Shown here one piece after another: positions 57,744 through 64,000 of a stretch of DNA of 64,000 nt. The DNA lies in IMG/VR virus record IMGVR_UViG_3300025011_000027, positions 27,967-91,966 of that record. One strand, written 5' to 3'. A model generated the notes under the pieces. The model was not told the origin of the DNA. It did not search any database and was given only the letters and a program-made list of their open reading frames with translations. Each line of letters starts with the position of its first letter. Position 1 is the first letter of the stretch. Both the position numbers and the translations under genes were made by a program. This stretch comes from a virus.

Positions 57744-58910
57744 TTATTCTTCTTGTAACTTCTCATTTACTGCTTCAAGTATCTCTCCAAATATTTCATC
57801 ATCTTGTCTGAGATATTCGAGCAGCTTCGGCTTACCTTGGAATTTTAGATCATTTTCTCCGTCACTCAGTATATCCCCAGTACTTGGATCCATAATGTTA
57901 AACCAAGATCCTGACTGAACGATGAAGTCAAACTTTATCGCCATGAACACTGTATCTCCGAGAACGTCAGCTCCTGAGTCATATTTAAGAGTGTACTGTC
58001 CTATTCTACGATCAGGTTTACAAACTTTAGTTTTTACCACTGTAACGTCTACAAGATTTCCTGATGGCTCCGCGGCTGAATTCTTTAATTCTACATTGTC
58101 CGCATCTATGAAAGCTCCTTTTCTGAAGAACATTCTTAGAGCGCAGAAATGTTTCCAAGCTCTCCCGCCAGGACTATGAAACTGATTAAATGGATTATTG
58201 AAATCGTCACGAACTTGATTAATGCCAATAAATGCAGTATGAAACTTAGTTAGCGGCTCTTTACATTTTGTTGTGAATTGAGTCAGAGGTCCTGATATTC
58301 CGCCGTATGACTTTTTAGAAACATCTTCATCATAGATATTCTGTCCTACTAACACTGGTATAGAATCAAGTACTAATACTTCAATTAGCCCTGTATTTAG
58401 TAAGTCTAGTATCATCTGAAAAACTTCTTCAGCAGTTTGATTCTCAGGTCTTACAAGATAAAGGTCATTGGTATCCACTCCGTTTAATTCTGCCCAGTCC
58501 TCATCGAGCGTGTTCTCAGCATCTACATAGACACACTTTCTAGGACCATTCTCAGTCAGTACAGCTATATCAGATAGTATTTTTTTAACCTCATCCTTAG
58601 CAGATTTAGTGTCTTTCTCGGCCAGTTCTTCTGATCTTGAATGTAACTGCGCCACTTGAGTTGTCCACGCCGCTAGACACGATTTCTGAGCCTGTGCGAC
58701 GATCTGAAGCGCGGATGTAGTCTTCCCCCCACCTTCAGGACCGAAGAATTCAGTAGCTTTTCCTTTCGGCACTCCACCATATGTCATATAGTTAGCTCTA
58801 GGGCTATTGAAAGGTATTTTCTCGACATAGATAGTATCTGTACCTTTACGAATGATATCAGTTTTGAACTTTTTGTTTATATCAAGCATTACTTTATCAA
58901 GTGCATTAAT
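57744..58910 (-). CDS. recA: RecA recombinase (probable ATT start at 58910; ORF track start 58889)
   Basis: GPEGGGKTT, YVDAENTLD, VLDSI, GINQVR, SPGGRAWKH. Confidence 0.93.
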   Translation of the reverse strand: MNALDKVMLDINKKFKTDIIRKGTDTIYVEKIPFNSPRANYMTYGGVPKGKATEFFGPEGGGKTTSALQIVAQAQKSCLAAWTTQVAQLHSRSEELAEKDTKSAKDEVKKILSDIAVLTENGPRKCVYVDAENTLDEDWAELNGVDTNDLYLVRPENQTAEEVFQMILDLLNTGLIEVLVLDSIPVLVGQNIYDEDVSKKSYGGISGPLTQFTTKCKEPLTKFHTAFIGINQVRDDFNNPFNQFHSPGGRAWKHFCALRMFFRKGAFIDADNVELKNSAAEPSGNLVDVTVVKTKVCKPDRRIGQYTLKYDSGADVLGDTVFMAIKFDFIVQSGSWFNIMDPSTGDILSDGENDLKFQGKPKLLEYLRQDDEIFGEILEAVNEKLQEE

Positions 58911-58911
58911 T

Positions 58912-59118
58912 TTAATCTCCTCCTTCTGTCATATGAGGTGGATTTTTCCAATAATCTCTTAAGTGAGCTTTCACAACAATACAAGTTTGATTCCAAGAAA
59001 ATTGTACTCCAATAATCTCATCGTCGTTTAGTTCTACATATTTAGGTTTCTTAAAGGGAGGAAAGGTAGGTTTAGCTTTCGTGCGTTTCTTAGCCATCGC
59101 CGTATCTTCCTCTATCAC
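58912..59118 (-). CDS. hypothetical protein (likely start MAKKR)
   Basis: Coupled ORF. Confidence 0.45.
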   Translation of the reverse strand: MIEEDTAMAKKRTKAKPTFPPFKKPKYVELNDDEIIGVQFSWNQTCIVVKAHLRDYWKNPPHMTEGGD

Positions 59119-59665
59119 TCTTGTGGTAACTTAATTCTTGCTTACCAACTTCAATCTCAGCAATACGTTTGGTCATGATCTTCTTAACCCCGCTGAATAC
59201 TTGTACTCCCATTTCTATCTGGAGTTTTAACTTCTTGTAAGCTCTCTGAAAGGCTACTTCAACGAGCATTTCCGGCATAGACTCTTGCTCAGCTTTATTG
59301 GTCTTATCCCCTACAGTACCAACCGCTTCAAGATAAGCTTTGTTGAATACTTCAAGTTTCACAGCCTTTGCAGTATCCCCTTCAATACCTAAACTCTCTA
59401 ATCCAGATCCTGCAAAGTATAAGAACACAGGAACTTTCATAACAAGATTCTCGATAACCTCATCCGACAGCGGCCTATCTTTATGCTCACGTAAAAGAGA
59501 CCTAATCATTACCATATATTCGTGTAAGTCACGATTATACCTAACCAAGATGTTATCAACGATCTTATCAAGCATTTCACTATTGACGTTCACTTTTCTT
59601 CGTATTCCACGTAGTTTCCCAGCGTCAACTAGTTCTTCCTGGTTTAAAGGTAATACATCAGCCAC
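59090..59665 (-). CDS. helical hypothetical protein (possible recombination mediator)
   Basis: GTVGDK...AE...AYKKLK; next to recA. Confidence 0.5.
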   Translation of the reverse strand: MADVLPLNQEELVDAGKLRGIRRKVNVNSEMLDKIVDNILVRYNRDLHEYMVMIRSLLREHKDRPLSDEVIENLVMKVPVFLYFAGSGLESLGIEGDTAKAVKLEVFNKAYLEAVGTVGDKTNKAEQESMPEMLVEVAFQRAYKKLKLQIEMGVQVFSGVKKIMTKRIAEIEVGKQELSYHKSDRGRYGDG

Positions 59666-59668
59666 AAC

Positions 59669-60202
59669 TTACTCCCCCTTTACGCAATTCAGGAGTACTT
59701 CTTTTTGATACTCAAATAACTCAGATACGCCACCTATTCCTCTAGCTACTTGAGCAAGTCCATAGGCATCATACTCATTGTCATTTCCGCCAAACTCTAC
59801 CCCATATATTCTTTGGATTGACGTTGCAATTAATACCTTGTTAGCATTTCCATTATTAGTAATAAACTTTTTCATTGACTTTGGGGGAATCTCAGTATAC
59901 TTGATACCTAGATCATAAAGAGATAATCTAAGTACTCCTCCCCACTCTGCAAGAGTCTCTTTCTTTCCTGTCGAACCGAAAGAATATCCTTCTAGCGCCA
60001 CTGTGAGGTCGTCTGTGGCTCGCATATCAATGTGACGATATAATACAGCTAGAAACTTCTGTTGTAAGTCTGAAAGGCGCTCGGCTCGTTTATTAGCAGG
60101 AATGGTTGTATCTATTGTAGCGTGAAAGAGTAGCGCATTAACGCTACTCACTCCAACAATACTTGTTCCTGATAAACTAGGATCAATGCCTAGATAGATC
60201 AA
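59669..60202 (-). CDS. ruvC: RuvC-like Holliday junction resolvase
   Basis: YLGIDPSLSGT, VALEGYSFG, PKSMKKF..GNANK, DNEYDAYGLA. Confidence 0.85.
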   Translation of the reverse strand: MIYLGIDPSLSGTSIVGVSSVNALLFHATIDTTIPANKRAERLSDLQQKFLAVLYRHIDMRATDDLTVALEGYSFGSTGKKETLAEWGGVLRLSLYDLGIKYTEIPPKSMKKFITNNGNANKVLIATSIQRIYGVEFGGNDNEYDAYGLAQVARGIGGVSELFEYQKEVLLNCVKGE

Positions 60203-60885
60203 ATACTTTCAGCTCCCTCAATAGGTACTATATTACCAATAGTAACTCGGGCATAGTTATCAGTGAGAAAATCCCGATCAAGCGCAATATCATCGAATAG
60301 AGGGGGAAGAACTCTCTTTAGAACAATGAGAGCTGGAATCATTATTTGCCGCATTTGTGGATGGGCTGCTTTGTCAGCTCGAAGTGACGTAATTGCTCTC
60401 CATTCCCGCATATTTGCAGTAATCCATAATTCGGTTTTAGTACTATTATTTAGAACGGTCCTAGCTTCTTGAGCTAACGCTCCCATCTGCATTAACTCCC
60501 TATATGCGTCACTGGAATCTTCGCAAGCTTGTCTCCATTTATAATGTTGATTACTACCTTCTGGAAAGAAGAAAGGACTGATAAATGTAGCTCCCGTGGA
60601 ATCATATCTAACATATCTAGTTGATTCCTGAGAAGGACTTGCTATTCTGTGACGAACAAGCTCATGAGATACGCCGCGATCGGCAGTAAACTTAATGGAA
60701 ATAGAGGCATGTTCAAGGATTGAAGTATGACCTCTTTTTATCAGTCCTCTGATGAATGAATCGGCAGAGTCTCCAGTGCATCTTTCTTCGCTCTTATAGC
60801 ATACCCGTCCAATCATTTCAATCTCTTTTAAAGCTGTACCCCAATCCTTTTTACCAATAAATACTTCAGGTTGAATAACTTGCAT
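60199..60885 (-). CDS. thyX: FAD-dependent thymidylate synthase (start MQVIQP after GAGGAGG)
   Basis: GRVCYKSE, GHTSILEH, RGVSHELVRHR..S.SQESTRY, EARTVL, NMREWR, AHPQMR. Confidence 0.95.
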   Translation of the reverse strand: MQVIQPEVFIGKKDWGTALKEIEMIGRVCYKSEERCTGDSADSFIRGLIKRGHTSILEHASISIKFTADRGVSHELVRHRIASPSQESTRYVRYDSTGATFISPFFFPEGSNQHYKWRQACEDSSDAYRELMQMGALAQEARTVLNNSTKTELWITANMREWRAITSLRADKAAHPQMRQIMIPALIVLKRVLPPLFDDIALDRDFLTDNYARVTIGNIVPIEGAESI

Positions 60886-60898
60886 TTTTATTTCCTCC

Positions 60899-61675
60899 TC
60901 AATGTTTTTTACATTCTTCGGTATACTGACAGTACTTGCATTTGTCAGTTTCTTTGGGCGGTACTGTCTCATTCTCTATGTGAGAATTGCAAGTCTCTAT
61001 CTTATGCACGACCTCTTCTTTGTTCTCAGGGGTAACATGCACAAGGAAAGTTTTCTTTTGGCATACGTCTCGATTCTCGTAAAGAAACATGATGGAATCA
61101 ATTCCTAAACATAGTGAGTAACAATAAGACTGAATTTTGTGGTCTGGTTCAGGTTGCATCCTTACTTGAAATTTGAAGCTAACTTCAGTTTTTATTTCAA
61201 GGATATAGTACCGTCCATTCAGCTTTATGATTCCATCACACATAAAAGAAATGTTAAATACCTCATTGTAGAGCTTAGTTTCCATTCCTTTACGTTCTTT
61301 AACAATGGTTCCACTCATTGGGTGCAGCTTTAAGTAATCACCAACGTCTATCCATTCAACGTCATACCCCAAACGCTGCATCTGAGAAATAGCTGTCTGA
61401 ATGTGTTCGTGTCGAGCTGTACCGCTTTGACCCATTCCTACTAACTGCGGATCAGTAGTTAACTTGACATCAGGCTTAGCCCCTACTACTTGGAAATAGC
61501 AGTTTCTTAAGCAACCTCCCATACTACTAGGTTTATATGATTGAGAGGGTGGACGACTAGTTTCTTTGTCTAGTCGTCCAATTGCTTCATTTAGGTAATA
61601 CAGGAACTCCTGCTCTGGTGTTTTCTCCTTAGTCGCGTTAGAGATCATTTTAGCTAAGTTCTTGAATCCTGCCAT
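60899..61675 (-). CDS. Cas4-like PD-(D/E)XK exonuclease
   Basis: PSSMGGCLR, GTARHE, DGII, LEIKT, Q..CY, CKYCQY...C. Confidence 0.85.
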   Translation of the reverse strand: MAGFKNLAKMISNATKEKTPEQEFLYYLNEAIGRLDKETSRPPSQSYKPSSMGGCLRNCYFQVVGAKPDVKLTTDPQLVGMGQSGTARHEHIQTAISQMQRLGYDVEWIDVGDYLKLHPMSGTIVKERKGMETKLYNEVFNISFMCDGIIKLNGRYYILEIKTEVSFKFQVRMQPEPDHKIQSYCYSLCLGIDSIMFLYENRDVCQKKTFLVHVTPENKEEVVHKIETCNSHIENETVPPKETDKCKYCQYTEECKKH

Positions 61676-61677
61676 AT

Positions 61678-62790
61678 TTATTCAGAGTCCTTTTCTGGTT
61701 GCTCAGCAGATTCATCGGTCATCGGACTTAGCACTAAAGAAATAGCTGCTTCAGTGAACAATAGTGGTAATTCTTCACCATATTGAACGTGAACAGTATC
61801 AGCGGACAGCACTGAAAGTAGGTCTTTGAGGTAGTTTATGTTTACAGTAATTTCCCCAACTTCTTCACCTTTAACATGCTGCTCCAGATGAATGACCTCG
61901 ACCGAGTTTCCTTTCAGCTCTTGAACTGTCAAGTCACCTTCTGAAAAGTTGAGCTTGATTCCGTTGTTATCGAACTTGTCTACGAACAGTGAGAGCCTGT
62001 CTATGGAGTCTAATAGGGGCTGGCGTGGTAATACAGCCATGTTGGCATACTCCATGCCTAGAATAGGCGTAACGTCAGGGTAATCGTCAATGCCGTCAAG
62101 CTCTGTGCCAAAGATTGTTTGGTCGTTAGTGGTAAACAGTATTTTATTACCATCACGCTCAATTACAACACGATCATCCACTAATCCCTGTAAAAGATCA
62201 GCAAGAGTCTGCGTCAGTAATACGGGCTTGGAAGCAAAAGTGGTTCCTTCAAACACAGGAGAGGAGTTTATGCACATCTTAATACCATCCGTAGTTATTG
62301 CTTTAGTACCAACATTATAGCCGGTAAGGCAGGGCATGAATACTTCGTTTGCGATAGCTGACTTATTGACCACGAAAATCTTTTTCAGAGTGCTTGTATC
62401 CATAGTCACTTTGTCAGCTTCAACCCCAAGGAACTCATAATCAGGGAATTCTTCTCCGTCAAACAGTGCTAACGTGTAAGTACCATTACCTTTAACCTTA
62501 CCCTCTTTGTCATTAAACTTGAACGTCATTTTAGGTACAGTAGTTTTAGCAACAAGTTTAGATAGAACATCAGCTTTTACGACAGCTTTCCCAGGTTCTT
62601 GGTCTCCGTCAAGCTTTGCTTTGACAGTAATAAAGTTGGCTAAGTCGGTTGCAGTAATAAAAAGTTCTCCCTCTTCATCCAGAATCATTTCGACGTATTC
62701 GGTAATAGGCATAATCTTAGAGTTACCTACACCTTTTGACACCTTACTGAGCATTGCGTTTAACTTCACGGTTGGGATAATAAATTTCAT
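61678..62790 (-). CDS. dnaN: DNA polymerase III beta sliding clamp
   Basis: 370 aa; LFITATD, EEFP, TTDG, DYPD, NINYLKDLL, VLSPM. Confidence 0.85.
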   Translation of the reverse strand: MKFIIPTVKLNAMLSKVSKGVGNSKIMPITEYVEMILDEEGELFITATDLANFITVKAKLDGDQEPGKAVVKADVLSKLVAKTTVPKMTFKFNDKEGKVKGNGTYTLALFDGEEFPDYEFLGVEADKVTMDTSTLKKIFVVNKSAIANEVFMPCLTGYNVGTKAITTDGIKMCINSSPVFEGTTFASKPVLLTQTLADLLQGLVDDRVVIERDGNKILFTTNDQTIFGTELDGIDDYPDVTPILGMEYANMAVLPRQPLLDSIDRLSLFVDKFDNNGIKLNFSEGDLTVQELKGNSVEVIHLEQHVKGEEVGEITVNINYLKDLLSVLSADTVHVQYGEELPLLFTEAAISLVLSPMTDESAEQPEKDSE

Positions 62791-62802
62791 TTAATTTCCT
62801 CC

Positions 62803-63312
62803 TTAATTCTTAAAGGTCCTACCCCTTATTATTTCAAAAATAACAGTTCTGCTTACTCCATATTCTTTTCCAATGGACTCATAAGTAGGAGGACCTAATC
62901 TTCTCTTTTCCCCATTATTACGAATAGGAAAATATGAACTATACTTTTCACGTATTTCTAAAGCTTGAGCGTTGGTTAATTTTGAATTGTGCCCTAACTC
63001 ACCGTGTTGCTTAGAAAGTCTCCCCATGCTAACTGCATCTAACATATTGTCTAACTGAGTTCCTAACATAAGATGGTCAGGATTAACTCATTTTCTATTA
63101 TCGCACATATGGCGCACTATTAATCCTTCAGGTATCTCCCCCTTAAAGAGTAGATAAGACGCTCTATGAGCACGGTAATTCGTATGATTAAACCAAAAAA
63201 TCCCGTAACCATATGCGTTAATAGTATAATTCCACTCCCAACATTTATCTGTTTTAATTACTTTAGACATAAAATCAATAATAATGTTGGATTTATCCTC
63301 TGTAAACACCAC
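62803..63312 (-). pseudogene. HNH homing endonuclease interrupted by an in-frame TGA (63088-63090)
   Basis: CWEW...GYG...RAHRASY...VRHMCDNRK*VNPDHLMLGTQLDN.LD...KLTNAQALEIR; TGA sits at the conserved Cys. Confidence 0.8.
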
Positions 63313-63325
63313 CTCTCACTTCCTT

Positions 63326-64000
63326 TTAGAATAATTTTGACTGTCTTACTAATTTAGGAGTATACTTATAATTATCTGCCCAATTCTGAAAAAACTCGAT
63401 ATTAAATTTAAACCTGTTCTCAGGTTCCCCTAATTCTTCAAGTGTAAAACCGAATAGTTTAAAATACTCTTCAAGCTCATCACCTAATTTAGCGTGTAAA
63501 TTACTAATATGATCAGGGTTATGAGTGAGTTGATTAGAGACGCATAGAGGACCGTACTTGGTGATGACAACTCCATGCCTAGCGTATTGTAGCCAGCTAG
63601 TTGAATCTGCCGAGTAAAAAGGGAATCTCTCCAATAGAGGTAAGCTAGTCATACCAAAAGCATGCGTCTTTACTTGCGGATTTGAGCTTACTTTAATGAT
63701 TCTGAAACAATAGTCAATCCAGTTTTCCTTAAGAGCAGTTTGAACATCGTTGGCTGGAGATATGCCGATATAGTCGATGCGCTCAGGGTGTTCTAGCATC
63801 TGACGTAGATATTTGAAATCCTCGCCTTGATGAAAGATTGGTAATAACTTCTTGGGACTACCCACACGCTCAACCATGTACAAATAATTCTCCCATGACT
63901 TTTTAGGAGCAGACGCGATCTGTTCCGATGTCTTTGGCTTTTGATACTCTCCTGGAATAGTATCTAGTTGAGCGAAACACGTCCATGTAGGATCAGAGTC
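63326..64000 (-). CDS. DpdA / tRNA-guanine transglycosylase-like DNA modification enzyme (5' partial)
   Basis: Frame open to the window end: AQLDTIPG...SWENYLYM...LLPIFHQGEDF...YIGISPAND...KTHAFGMT...PFYSADSTSW. Confidence 0.75.
   Translation of the reverse strand, partial: DSDPTWTCFAQLDTIPGEYQKPKTSEQIASAPKKSWENYLYMVERVGSPKKLLPIFHQGEDFKYLRQMLEHPERIDYIGISPANDVQTALKENWIDYCFRIIKVSSNPQVKTHAFGMTSLPLLERFPFYSADSTSWLQYARHGVVITKYGPLCVSNQLTHNPDHISNLHAKLGDELEEYFKLFGFTLEELGEPENRFKFNIEFFQNWADNYKYTPKLVRQSKLF

Noticed and set aside
60899-61675. Cas4 as part of a CRISPR-Cas system
   Set aside because: No array or other cas genes; solo Cas4-like nucleases are common in phage recombination modules.
156-63357. 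Plus-strand and alternative-frame ORFs in the track (for example 8615-8968, 16850-17278, 30600-31052, 56911-57402)
   Set aside because: Shadows of real minus-strand genes, often of low-complexity tracts; no RBS or recognisable motifs.
1-64000. Genome-wide stop-codon reassignment (code 15 or code 4)
   Set aside because: Long genes are intact in code 11, and TAG and TGA end many genes right before the next RBS (for example 1395, 2218, 4603, 13540). Only two isolated in-frame stops were found.

Overview
A 64-kb piece of a tailed dsDNA phage genome, almost certainly a contractile-tailed myovirus of a low-GC Firmicute (AGGAGG ribosome binding sites, sigmaA-type promoters). Essentially all genes are on the minus strand. 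In transcription order (right to left): a DpdA/TGT-like DNA-modification gene; a replication and recombination module (beta clamp, Cas4-like nuclease, ThyX, RuvC, RecA, DnaX/HolB/HolA clamp loader, SbcC-like ATPase); early accessory genes (MazG, HD hydrolase, GHKL-zincin, ADP-ribosylglycohydrolase, Tad2-like protein, dCMP deaminase); the terminase; a ~650-nt highly structured non-coding element; portal and MuF; a cluster of probable virion-packaged effectors (a HipA/PI3-4-like kinase and three paralogous R-S-E ADP-ribosyltransferase domains); then Herelleviridae-like head, tail and baseplate genes. Best candidates for new biology: (1) the ART/kinase capsid-cargo system, with a duplicated leader peptide, L-x-K maturation sites and a separately promoted ADP-ribose eraser; (2) an amber codon inside a ferritin-like domain at the end of one ART gene; (3) the large ornate ncRNA upstream of the portal. 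All protein family calls come from motif recognition by eye, not from database searches. No integrase, CRISPR array or tRNA was found.
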